Shown here one piece after another: positions 27,071-39,120 of a stretch of DNA of 64,000 nt. Within the stretch, counting starts at the first letter, position 1; every line of letters starts with the position of its first letter. The notes beneath the pieces were generated by a model. The model had not been told where the DNA came from. It saw only the letters and a list, made by a program, of their open reading frames with translations, and did no database searches. The position numbers and the translations under genes were made by a program. This DNA is from the human T2T-CHM13v2.0 reference genome, Homo sapiens, in assembly GCF_009914755.1 (NCBI RefSeq), contig NC_060927.1; one strand, 5' to 3'.

Positions 27071-27645
27071 TTTAAAACTTAATTGAAAATGCAGATTCAA
27101 GCATACAGTCAACATACTGTATTTTTTACCTGCAACCCCAATTCCCATGAAACCAAAGCAAAAGGTGCAGTCTGTCAGAGTTCAGTTATATGTTTAATGG
27201 TTCCTTTCCTGTTCTGACTTAAAAAAAAAAAATCCCTTTGGGTCTTTCTATGTCTTACATAGCTGGGCTATTTCTTGTATTTTCAAATTAGATTAAATAC
27301 TATCAGGCAGCTTCTGTCATTCCATATAAGTAGTAGTGATTACTCTATCAGAAAAAAAATCTATAATAACATGGCATAGTAGTTAATGTTTGACAAGCAA
27401 GTCTCCATGGTGTACTATAGCTGTCAGTATAGCCATTAGTAACATGAAGACACAATGGGCTAAATTCTACAAGAGAATAGAGCTCTCCCTCCTTGAAAAT
27501 AAGCACTGAACTCTTTCCAAACAAGGAATCTATTTATTGTGTAGAATCAATTATTTACAAACTGAGGGCAGCTAGCCTCTTTCTTCCCCTTTCTCTGCCT
27601 TTCTCCCCTCTGTTCCTCACTTACTTCCTTTTCCAACTTTATTAT

Positions 27646-27949
27646 TGTTATTACTATTTTTCTTTCTTTCTTTCTTTTTTTTTTAGAGTATCACTCTGTC
27701 ACTCAGGCTGGAGGGCAGAGGTGCGATCTTGGCTCACTGCAACTTCCGTGCCCCAGGTTCAAGCAATTCTCCTGCCTCGGCCTCCCAAGTAGCTAGGATG
27801 ACAGGCATGAGCCACCATGCCCAGCTAGTTCTTTTGTATTTGTAGTTTCACCATGTTGGCCTGGCTGGTCTCGAACTGACCTCAAGTGATCCACCCGCCT
27901 CGGCCTCCCAAAGTGCTGGGATTACAGGTGTGAGCCACCATGCCCGGCC
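27646..27949 (-). mobile_element. Alu (S-type)
   Basis: Alu body with a small central deletion; TSD cttttccaacttttatta / cttttccaactctatta. Confidence 0.92.
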
Positions 27950-28230
27950 CTTTTCCAACTCTATTAAATATCTATTTCGTGTCAGTTGCCAAATGTTTAT
28001 GTATGCACTGGTGTCCCCAAAGAATTGCTGGAACTTCTGGCAGTGCATATCCTGCTGTCACAGCTCCTTTTTCGTTCTGGAAAAGAATGACCCTTTCTTT
28101 GGTTAATCAAGTGACACTTTCACAAATTTTGCCATATTTGTTACTTGCATAATTTCTTTTTTTAAAATTGTGAGTTCTACAACATATACAAATGAGCATA
28201 TGTAATGTATATTTATATATAAAGAATAAC

Positions 28231-28345
28231 ATTATATATTATACATAATCTAGATTATGTATAATACATAATCTAGATTATGTATAATATACATAATCTA
28301 TATTATGTATATTATACATAATCTAGATTATGTATAATATATAAT
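28231..28345. repeat. AT-rich minisatellite of four palindromic 22-bp units
   Basis: ATACATAATCTAGATTATGTAT at 28241, 28264, 28289 (one mismatch) and 28314; flanks attatatatt / aatatataat are reverse complements. Confidence 0.95.
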
Positions 28346-28349
28346 TTAA

Positions 28350-30300
28350 AGAATGATGACATTAACACTCATATACTCATGACTCAGGCTAAGGAATAGA
28401 CACTAACTGCAATTAGAATGTATGCACTCCCCAATTTTTCCTCCTTCTTCTCATCTAGAAATAATGCACTGCTTGAATTGTATATCATCATTCTCTTGCT
28501 TTTTGCGTCATAGTTTTATAACCTATTTGTTTCTCTATTTTACATGTTTTGAGATATTAATATTAATGTGGTAATGTAGTACACATTCTTCTGTGACTCA
28601 ATGTTTTTCATTCAACATTCCATTCTTGTGATTCATCCTATGATGCTGTGGATGATTTACTTTTTACAGTTGCATAGTATTCCACTGTATGTCTTTCTCT
28701 CATTTTATCCTTTCTTTTTTGATGGACATATGACTTGTTCCCAGCTATTGCAACTGCAAGAGTCAGCTTTGGACATCCTTATACATGTCTCCTAATGCAA
28801 ACATGCAAGTGTTTCTCTTGGCAATGACATTGTTGGGTCATAGGATATGTGAATATCTCACTTTACTGAAAATGCTTATTTATTTTCCAAATAGCTGTAC
28901 AGATTTACATTCTCATCTGCAGTGGGTGAGAGTTCTTTACATCATTATTAACAGTTAATAGTGCTTGTTTTCAAATTTGTCCTCATCAATGAATTTGGAC
29001 ATCTTTCAGTATTTATTTGCCATTCACATTTTCTTCTGTGAAGTGTTTATTCATATCTTTTGCCTATTTTTCCATTTGATTCTTGATCTTTCTCTTCTTG
29101 ATGCATAAGTGCTCTTTGTATGTATTTTATGTGTTCTTTTTCCTGTATATGTATCTCAAATATGTCCTCCCAGTCTGTGGCTTAAAGTTTGATCTATTTA
29201 TGATATTTTTAAATCTCCTTTGATGTATTTATTTTAACGTAGTCAAAATTATAAAATTTTTCTTTATGCTTTGTGCTTTTTTGTGTCTTATTTTAAAAAT
29301 CCTTCTCTACATGATTATAAATATATTCTCCTTTGTTGTCTCCTAAAAGTTTTTAAAGTTTTGCATTTCACATTTAAGTCCTTAATCCACAAAGAATTGA
29401 CAGTTGTTTGTGGTGGAATATAAGGATCTGTATTTAAAAAATTTTATTTTTGTATAATCAATTAGTAGAGTTCCATTTGTTTTAGGAGTGAATCCCTTCT
29501 CCAGTGAGCTGTACTGCCATCTTCACATATACCATTTTCTTCTAGGGAAGAGTCTGATTCTAGAATCTATAATATGTTTTGTTCTTTTAGAATATAGTCT
29601 ATCCCTGCACCAATACCACATTGTTTCAATTACCATATTTGGTAGAGCACATTGCCTTATTTTTCCTTTCTCAAAATTATTCCAGTGATTCTTGGCCCTT
29701 AGCATTTCCATGTAAACTTCAGAATCAGATTGCAACTTCCATGTAAAACTCTATCTAAATTTAAATTAAATAGTACGGGTCAGGTGTGGCAGCTCACACC
29801 TGTAATACCATCACTTTGGGAGGCTGAGGTGGGCAGATGGCTTGAGCCCAGGACTTCAAGACCAGCCTGGGAATTATTGTGAAACCTCATCTCTACAAAA
29901 AAAATAGAAAAATTAGCCAGGTATGGGAGCATGCACCTGTAGTGGCAGCTACTCAGGAGGCTAAGGTGGGAGGATTGACTGACCCTGGGTTGAGACAGGG
30001 CTGCAGTGAGCTGTGATCATGTCACTGCCCTCCAGCCTGGGTGACAGAGTGAGACAGAAAAGGAAAGGGAAGGAAAGGGAAGGGAAAGGAAGGGAAGAAA
30101 GAAAGAAGGAGAGAAAGAGTATGAAATGTACAGATAATTTGGGAAGAATTAACATTTTTACATTAAATTTTCACATTCATAAGGTTGCCATAATTCCAAA
30201 ATTATTTAGGTCTTCTTTGATGTTTTTCAATAAATTATTTTATTTCATATTTGGCTTTGTACATTTTTTTGCTAGGTACCTTATTTTTGTTACTATTGTC
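28350..30300 (-). mobile_element. Old antisense L1M fragment interrupted by an AluJ
   Basis: tttgatggacat, ttgggtcatagg, tagagttccatttg, caataccacattg, gataatttgggaagaatt. Confidence 0.65.
29778..30118 (+). mobile_element. AluJ with GA-rich (GGAAA/GGGAA)n tail
   Basis: gcttgagcccaggacttcaagacc, gctgcagtgagctgtgatcatg; purine tail 30056-30118. Confidence 0.9.
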
Positions 30301-30930
30301 AATGGTGGGAATGCAAATTGATAAGACTGTTCTGGAAAACTATATGACAGTACTTTATGACACGGAAGAAGCACGTGCCTGTCCCTGGCAATGCCAGTCC
30401 CAGGTGTCTACCAAGGGAAGCTCTTGCCCGTGAACACCAGGAGATCCGTAAAAACAGCCTTATTCACATTCAAAAACAAAAAACAATCCACATGTCCATA
30501 AGCAGTATAGTGGATAAATTATTGTGATAGATTCACTGAAATAGCACGTAGGAATAAAATTAACTAAATCTATGCATATTAACTTGTATAAACATTAAAA
30601 TCATAATGTTGAGTGAAAAGAGCAAATCACAGAAGAATCCGTATAGAATGATCCTTTTCATATAAAATGCAAGGACAGAAAATATTATATTTAAGTATAT
30701 TAGGCAATATGTTAGCAGCACAGGCATATGTGGTAAGATTATTAAAAAGACAAATAAAATTAGCATTAAACTCAATACAGGAGTTACGTGGAAATGCAAG
30801 GGAACAGAGTTGTTATTGGAGGGGCACATTGTCAGCTCTGAAATAGTCATTTTCTATTTCTTAAGTAGGCTAGAGGGAACATATGCGTTTGTTTTATTCT
30901 TTTAAAATATACAAATGTGTGTGTGTATAT
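30300..30930 (+). mobile_element. Old L1ME-like 3' fragment
   Basis: ggtgggaatgcaaattg...cataatgttgagtgaaaagagcaaatcacagaaga. Confidence 0.6.
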
Positions 30931-31649
30931 GTATGACACACATATATAGTATGTGTACTTTTGACATATGATATCATCTATAATAAACTCTTCATACAAA
31001 TTTAATTAAAACTTTTAATAACTGAACTTTTTTGGTAATCCAAAGTACTTTTTATGGTTTCATGATGGCTCATTAATATGTCAGCCTCAAGAGTGGCTTA
31101 TGGCTGAAGAGTTTTCTTTAGCCCCCTGGACAATTGAAAATGGGATAAATGACAAACTTTGAGATCCTTTTTTTATTTCCAATCCTCCTTTCTTGCTTAA
31201 AATTATCCACTCCAAGCTATTACTTTTCATATGTCCTGTTTCATTCACTGAATGGCATGAAACTCTCTTATTTAAAGAAAGTAATCTAGTCCAAATTTTC
31301 CTAAACTTTAAGCCATTTGAAAATCCCTTTATAATTTTTGAGATATCCATTATCACATGTGCTGTTACATATATAGTATTTTTCTTTATTTTTCATTTCA
31401 TATTTTATTTCAAAATGCAGTATTTTTCATTAAGTTTGTCTTAATTTGGCTCACTTTTGCTATACTTACCTCACCTTAAGAAATATTAGTGAAATCATGA
31501 GTTTGATGTGCTATTTCTATTTTATCTGACATTCATGAAAATAGAATCAGAACTATCAACATATTTTAAAGTTTTCCACATATCACATCTGACCAAAGGT
31601 CATTCTATGTCCATGTGCCACACTTTAGGAAAGTCTAATTAAAAGTAGG

Positions 31650-31661
31650 AACACACACACA

Positions 31662-31694
<33 letters not shown>
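31650..31694 (+). repeat. (CA)n microsatellite
   Basis: Direct reading. Confidence 0.95.
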
Positions 31695-31696
<2 letters not shown>

Positions 31697-33074
31697 CTGT
31701 CTGCTTCTCTTCCCATCTCCTCTGCTCCAACAGTACATGTTCACTGGAAGGGCAACCAGCAGCCAGCTCTGGTTTCAGCATTTGCCAGGCTGCCAATCTT
31801 CCCCTTTGTCTGTAGAATGTTTCCCATTTGGATTTGCTTTCTGCCTTTTATTTGGGCTTGCCATCTTTCTGTTGCCCAGCTCACTATAAAAGGGGGTAAA
31901 TTTATGCCCTGGGAAACCAACATTCCCGCAGCTGCAATGCCAGCCGGTCGACCAAGATAAAGTATCAGAGCAGAATTAACAGACTGGTGCTCAAGTCCCT
32001 GTTTACACATGGGCCAAGTCACTAGGGGCATGTGTGGCTATGTTAAGAGTAGGTTGTCAACCTCCCCATCAGCATCCTGCCAATAGCAGGGTGACAGCAG
32101 GCCCTACAGTCTTCTGTGACAATCCAATTCACACATCTCGAGTGATCATCAACCACTTGGGCTTAACTGACTCAAATTCTCCACCCACTTTCTAGCTTGG
32201 ACATTCTTGGTTTATTAAGTCCTGCTTAATAGCATGAGGCATCTCTGACACAGTTTGATTAAATAAGTTTTTTCTCTTCCTTTTAGTTGCTCTTTAAGCT
32301 TGGATGGTTTAGATATTTCCAGAAGGCTGCCACTGCCTCTTAGTTCTACACATGTGTATATGATGCCATTGGCAGGGCCTTCCAGGCGCATAGCTGAGTC
32401 TGTTAAGACTTAGTGAAGCCTGAAACAGAATCAATGTTTCATTTACATCAGAAGGCTCTACATCACATCACATCCTGCTGGACACAAGCTGGACAATATC
32501 TTAATACTAATCAGCTTTTTCTGACATTGAATTCTAAGGCTTGGTATTTTGAAAACAAAAAGTATTAGCTTTGGCCCTCCCAGCTGCTCTCTGACGATTG
32601 TCTGCCCCCTTGCCAGACTGTACAATTTGACACTCTTGTTCAGCGACTTCTCACTCATTAAACTGATCAAGATACAAAACTCGTTAGTTAATTTTTCATG
32701 CACTTGGGGGATCTGGTTGCATATTTTAATGATCTGCTCTCAGAATGTGCTGTTCAAACTGCATATTTTGTTGATTTGCTGTGACATATCCTTAACCACA
32801 GTGTTGCTCACACAGGGTCCTGGGTGATGTGAGCTGCATCCAGGAAATGCTGAGTAGATGCCATGTGTGCTAATTGAGCTGTGCAGCTCCACTGAGGCTC
32901 TGATGTACTCTTTACTGATTGATTTGAATAATAACCATTTGGAAATTTCATATTCCGTATCCTGGGGCTCAGATGATATCAAAACTAATATTTATTAGAG
33001 TAGCATTCATTCTAGTTAGACCCTAAGGCATTTTTCTCATTTGCTTAAGGTTTGGTCATGAAAACTGGAGACTC

Positions 33075-33090
33075 CACACACATGCACACA

Positions 33091-33147
<57 letters not shown>
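33075..33147 (+). repeat. (CA)n microsatellite
   Basis: Direct reading. Confidence 0.95.
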
Positions 33148-33149
<2 letters not shown>

Positions 33150-33779
33150 CCCATGCATAAATGAGATAAACAAAGAAGCCAGGGTGGAAGTCTAGACAAG
33201 GTCAAACAGAAAGATAATAGCAATAACTTAGCTAGACTCTCTGGGTCCTGTTTTTGTTGAGAGCTTAGGAATTGGCTGTATGTATTTGAAAAACAAATCA
33301 TCTGACCTTGCTGTCTCAGCCAGAGAGGGTGCTCAGGACCCCTGCCAACGAGGAGGCAGAGAGCTGGGCCACCAGGGCCTTCTTCAGAAGGTCAGGGGAA
33401 TTGGGCTGTTATCCAGAACCTACATGACTGATCACATGACTCCTAGCAAATAAATCACGATCTCCAGATCTCATTTGCCAAATTTGTTTTTTAAAAAGAT
33501 GAGTGAGGCCATGGGCACTTTCCACTTCTAAATTCTATAAGGTATAAATAGTCAGGTCATGGTTAAAAAAAAAAACTCTACCAAGGAAAATTATTTTACA
33601 TTATAGACAGATGGATTTTGCTTTAATATACTACCACAACACAATAATAATAAAATAGAAAATCAAAATTAAAAGGGGGGTTTGAGAGTAGTGGGATTGT
33701 CTTCTCAGGATAGAAACAAAAAGATGACATAAATAAACATGATTTTTCAGCATGCTTCAAATGCAGACTTTTGGGGCAG

Positions 33780-34000
33780 ATACTCTGTATGAACCTATAA
33801 GGGACCAGATAGTAAATATTTTAGTCTATGTGAATCATATAGTCTCTGTCATACCTATTCAACTTTTCCATTATAGTGGGAAAGCAGCCACAGAAGACGC
33901 CATAAACGAATGAGCATGGCTATCTATCAATAAAACTTTATTTATAAAATCAGGCAACTGGCTGAATTTGGCCCAAGAGCAGTGATTTGTTTACCCTTGG
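33780..34000. mobile_element. MER58A-like hAT-Charlie MITE
   Basis: aagggaccagatagtaaatatttt...gaaagcagccacaga...caataaaactttatttataaaatcaggc. Confidence 0.8.
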
Positions 34001-34346
34001 TCTAAAACATTATCCTATTATTTTTCAGTTTACTCTTCTATAAAAATATAAACCTGATAAGATCTACTATTTGTGAATGTTAGAAGAATTAAATGAATTA
34101 TTACAATATTTAGTACTCAAGTACTTAGAACCATGACTCACACATAGAAAGCACTATGGAAATGTTAGTTAATTTTTGTTACTATTAGTTATTATTTGGA
34201 TTGTATAACCAAATTAATTCATTGTCCTGATAATTAAGTCTCTGCCATGTGTCATTTCTGGGTTCTGTGTTGACCTAACCAATCAAAGCCTTTTTGTCAT
34301 GGAGTGCACAGAATGGGGTGGGAGTCAGAGATGAAAAAAGAGATAT

Positions 34347-34373
34347 CTAGCTAGCTAGCTAGCTAGCTAGCTA
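34347..34373. repeat. (CTAG)6 self-complementary microsatellite
   Basis: ctagctagctagctagctagctagcta. Confidence 0.9.
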
Positions 34374-34399
34374 TTGAGAGAATATATATCTCTCTCATA

Positions 34400-35220
34400 A
34401 ATGATATGGTTATATCTATAGAAGGAAAGAGAAAGGATGGCTCAGGAGCACATGCGCATAGTAGAGACAGCCAACCCATGAATGGAAGAGATCAGATGAG
34501 GCTTCCAGAAGGAAGTGATAGCTAAACTGAACATGCAAAAGCAGCAGGACTTTGCCTGTCAAAGGGGACAATGAGGGATGAGGGCATAGCTGGAAGGTAC
34601 AGGAAGAGTGTTTAATCAGAGGAAACAGACTGAGAAGAGTTGAGTGAATGGGAAGTGATGAGGAGGGAGGCTAAAGAGATGGACAAAGCCTCATGAGCCA
34701 TATTATAGATTCGGGGTGGATCCTAAACTGGAAGCTTGCATGGTTTAAGCAGAGGAATGACATGATCAGATTTTTATTTTAGATAGAATGCTCTGACCAC
34801 ACATGGAGAATGGATTGGAAGGGGCAAGACAAAACCAGTGCTTAAAAAAAAAAAAAAAGGCAACAAGAAAACACTCAGAGGGGCAGAATCATACGGATAG
34901 GAGGTGGAGAGAGTATCAAGAAAATGGGAGGATGGTCAGCCATTTGAAACTTTTCAGAGGGGTTAAGAAAAATAAGGCCTAAAGAGAGGTCATCAGTGGC
35001 CTCATAGAAAATGCTTGTAAAACAGTGATAAGGCCCAGCTTAGACTGTAAGGACAGTGGTCACTGGAAATAAACACAGAGGTTAATTTCAAGAAAATTTG
35101 AAAGAGAAGCAGAAGTTGAGTCATAGATAAGTAAAACTGGAACTGAATAGAGGAGAAGGAAGCGTAAAGGAAGCAACTCACAAGGAGAGAGAAGGGGGAT
35201 AGTTGATGGAGATGGTCACT
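34400..35220 (-). mobile_element. L2 LINE fragments, antisense
   Basis: ggcttccagaaggaagtgata, tttaagcagaggaatgacatgatcagattt, tggagaatggattggaaggggcaaga. Confidence 0.65.
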
Positions 35221-36869
35221 CAAGAAGGCTCCAAGGAACAGGATCCAGAGAAGAGTGCTGGGTCAGCCTTGGCAGAAAGGAAGGCCTAACCCACTGTGGC
35301 ATGCAAAAAAATGTCTTAGAGTAACAACAAAAATCAGTCTGTTGTGGACAAACGAGAGCCAAGAAAACTACCCTAGATCTTCTAAAATACAGGATGGAAT
35401 ATGATTTCCTAGGAGTGGGAAGTGGTAGCATCCGGCTGAGAACCTAGGGGTGGAGGAATAGGTCTGAGTCAGACACCATGGAGAATGTGATGAGATAAAA
35501 AGAAAAAAAATGAAACAAGATTTGAATCAAGTCTTGAGGTCTCAAATCAGAGTTTGAGAGCATAAATACATGGTGGACTCTGACAGCACCATCTGGTGAT
35601 TTCTCCCTGCAAGCAAAGGTCTCACTTCTCAGCCCAGATCCAGAAAAGACAAAACAGAAAATGTGAGTGACCCAGAGGTGTGAACTGGCTAGGTGGGAGT
35701 TGCAGAGAGCTTCTGAGGAGAGGGTGGTAGAGTGCTGGATAGAGTACTGTGGGGAGCATAAATGAACGACCCAGGCCGAGGAGCCTGCCAAGGGAGGCAA
35801 GAAGCACAGGGTGGCTACAGGGAATGTCACGGATGCCCAACCTCAGTTATTACAGTCATTAAACTGGTTTTGTTTCATTTCATAACATTCACTAGAATGA
35901 ATTAATTTCCAGAGCTTATTGGGCTGTCATTTTGTGATATAAGAAAACAAAAGAAACTTACTCATTACGGTGACTAAAGAGAAGGGAGGTAACTTCCAAC
36001 TGTTAGTTAGTTGAAATGGAATTCCCTATCTGATAACTATTTCACAAAAGTAGCATTTCAAACCCAGCTTGTGGAGCTCTCCATTGAATGAGAAATGGGG
36101 CAGAACCATCTGTCAGCACATCTTCTTGAAGCTTCCTTCTAAAGGAGAGCCCTTCAGGCTGGGTGTGCGGCCCTCACACCCAAGGCACACTGCTGACCTC
36201 CTTCCCTGATAGCCGCTCTTCCACTTAGTCATACCAGTGCTTCCTGACGTTTAAAATACCTGAATTTTTGGTAGCACATTTGAGGAAATTAAAAGGCAAA
36301 CACTTTTTTAAAAAAATAAAAGCAAATTTCAGAAAACTTTCTATAATTATCCTGTTATTTTTTCGTTTGCCCATTGACACCATGTAGCTGCTTGAGTGGA
36401 AATGTTTACTGGCCCAATAAAGTTCTCCTGTGCCCTCTTGGGAGTAGAGCTCTTCTGGGTTTCAGTAAACCTGGGCTCTTTCTGTGGCCCTGATTTCCTT
36501 TCCCATTTCTACCTTTGCCTATCGCAGCAAGTTGACCCCTGCCCCACACCACCCACCCAAACAGCCTTGCTCCGCCAAGTACCCAGCCCCTCACTGACCT
36601 CACCTCAACTGTGTAAAAACAAATTAGTCACACTGATCCAAATGTGTCTGGATGGATTGCCCCCCCACACATAGAATATGAGTCGAGGGGGAACTTGTTT
36701 TCCATCTCTGGAGCAGCCTTATAGAAAGGCTTAAAAATCTTCAGCCTCACAACTTTCACAGAGCCACAGAGCTTTCCTCTGTAGTCGGTGATTGTCTGTA
36801 TCTGGAAGCCATTTTTAAAAATAGAAAAGGAAATGTCTTTCACTGTTTTAAAATGCACACACTGGCAGG

Positions 36870-37110
36870 TAGTAGTGATAGCTATTTCAGTACCGCAGAC
36901 ACCACACTGAAAACACTTTCTATACTTTACCTCATTTACTCCTCACAGCAACCTTTACCTACAACAACAGCCAGCATCTAAAAAGGCACTGTTACTATTC
37001 TGTTTTTCACATGGGATGACTGAAGCTTAGAGAACAGTAAAATGACGCCCTAAAGTCACACAGCTACTAACAGAGCCATGATTTGCACCCAGCCAGGCTG
37101 AGCTCAGAGA
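36870..37110. mobile_element. MIR SINE
   Basis: acctcatttactcctcacagcaacc...actgaagcttagaga...aaagtcacacagctact. Confidence 0.65.
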
Positions 37111-38146
37111 CAGCACTCTGAAATGCCTAATTCAGTGGCTATTTCATTTATACTCATTATTAATGATTGAAGTTTTCTAGAACCTAAGACTGCGAGCTTA
37201 CCTAACCCAGGTTCTCCTTTCCACCTGGCTACACTCATTTCCTTATTTGATACAATGCCTTCTTCCTTATATGGTTCTTTACGAAGTGTAGTCAACAGGC
37301 TTTTAATTCATTGCTTCCTGCCTCTTTAGTCCTCTCCCACCTTCAATTCTTTCCCAAGATCTCGGCCACAATACTGTTTCCTCTCTACTGTTTTTTACTC
37401 ACATCTTCCACAAGGGGGCACATTCTGACCATAAAGCTTTGAGGCTCTCCAGTCAGCTAAAATACAACCAGCGTCACCCTAATGCTTTCATTCTGTTACA
37501 AGAAATGCCTTTATTCAAGCTACATTCCTCATTGTTATTTCACGTAGGGGAAACAACAGTAAAAAAGGAAACCATATAATTTTTGTAGACTGTTTGACCA
37601 TAATTCATTCACTGGATTTCTATGTTAGGTATGGAATCCATTAAGCAGGATATTGAAGCTTATGAATGGAAACCTAGTAATTCCTCTTTAATAAACATGA
37701 GTTACTTTTATTTCTTAAACTTTATTAGGCATTTACTCAAAACATTACTCAGAAATGTTTGTTAATAATATGAATGATGATTTTGATTCCGTTTGCGTTG
37801 TTACTATGTCTAAGGGTCCAAAACACAAAGTCTGGATTATTCATAAAGACTGAGAAAATGGCTGGCATTTGAATGTAAATCTTAGTGCTTGAGCCTAACT
37901 CCATCTTGACACTTCTCACCAACCCTAAGGAAGGAGTGGCTGCTACCACAGTGGCCTTTTTGTGTAGCTGAGGAAACCAAGACATGAGGAGATTCGTTCA
38001 GGCCTTATAAGAGTCACATATGGGGAATAGGCCCGGTTCTTGTCAGCTCCCTGAGGCTACACTGGTCACCAAGCAGAACTACCGCAAGAGGAAAATGAAG
38101 AATGAAAGAAATATGAAGACAATTCTAACATTAAAGGCAGGCTCAC

Positions 38147-38200
38147 CTTGTCCTCTTTGCCTGCCAGACTTCTAAATGGTGGATTCCTCCCGGTTTAGTT
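38147..38200 (-). other. VEPH1: Candidate distal first exon of VEPH1; 5' end uncertain
   Basis: Consensus donor GACAAG|GTGAGC (GT at 38146-38145) on the VEPH1 strand; consistent with my recollection that the annotated gene extends ~30 kb beyond the main promoters. Confidence 0.4.
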
Positions 38201-39120
38201 TCGGGCTCTCTTCTCTTCTCCTTCACTCTTCCCCTAAACAATTGCATCCACTTGCAGGACTTTGAATATCTCCCCAGACCTCTCCTCTGACACACTTCCC
38301 CTGAGTCATAGCTAACTGCCTGTCTGAAAACTCCATGTGGAGGACTCCTTGCCGTAGTAAACTGAGTAAGTCCAAATTGAAGCAATTGATTTCCTGCCAC
38401 GTCCCTGAAAAAGCATCACCATCCTCCCAGCATCCTCCTTTCCCAATTTCAGAAAACGGCCCTGATGTCTACCCGGTTACTAAAAGCAGACCCCTGGGAG
38501 CCACACTGACATCCACCTGTGCCTCTTCCCACACTCAAATGCATCAGCCAGTCCTCTTGATTCTATGTCTAAAATAGATCTTGTATTTTTCCACTTTTTT
38601 TTTTTTTCCATTTTGTGTTCAAGTTTCTGCAGTCTCTGGCCTGGACCACAGCAGAAGCTTCTCCCTGGAGCACTGTTTCCATTCGTGTTCCTCCTTCCAC
38701 AATCCAGTCTCCACACAGAAGCCAGATTAGTCTTCTTAAAATATAGATTTGACTATTATTTATCCTGCTTAAAACCCTTAACTTCTCCTGACACATGAAA
38801 TAAAACCTCAATTCCTTATTATGGCCCACAATGTCCTGTACCCTCTGGTCCCCACCACCTGTCCAGCATTAATCCACTGCTCACTTGGCTCAGCTGCCTT
38901 CTGTGGGACCCAGAGCAGGCCATGCTGCCTCGTACCTCAGGGCCTCTGTGCTGGCTGTTCCTTCAGGCCTTCCTTCACCACCCTAGCTAGGTCAGTCCTG
39001 GTTATTTTCTAGTATCCTAATTTTTTCCTTTCTGACACTTCTCACAGCCAATAATTATTTTGTTAATTTAGTTGCTTACTCATTTATTATCTCCCTCCCA
39101 AACTATGTAATTCCAAAGCT
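38150..39120 (+). mobile_element. L2 LINE
   Basis: aagtccaaattgaa...cagccagtcctcttgattcta...caatccagtctccacacagaagccaga...cctcagggcctctgtgctggctgttcc. Confidence 0.75.

Noticed and set aside
28231-28345. CRISPR-like array of palindromic repeats
   Set aside because: Spacers are only 1-3 nt, there are no cas genes and the DNA is mammalian; it is a minisatellite.
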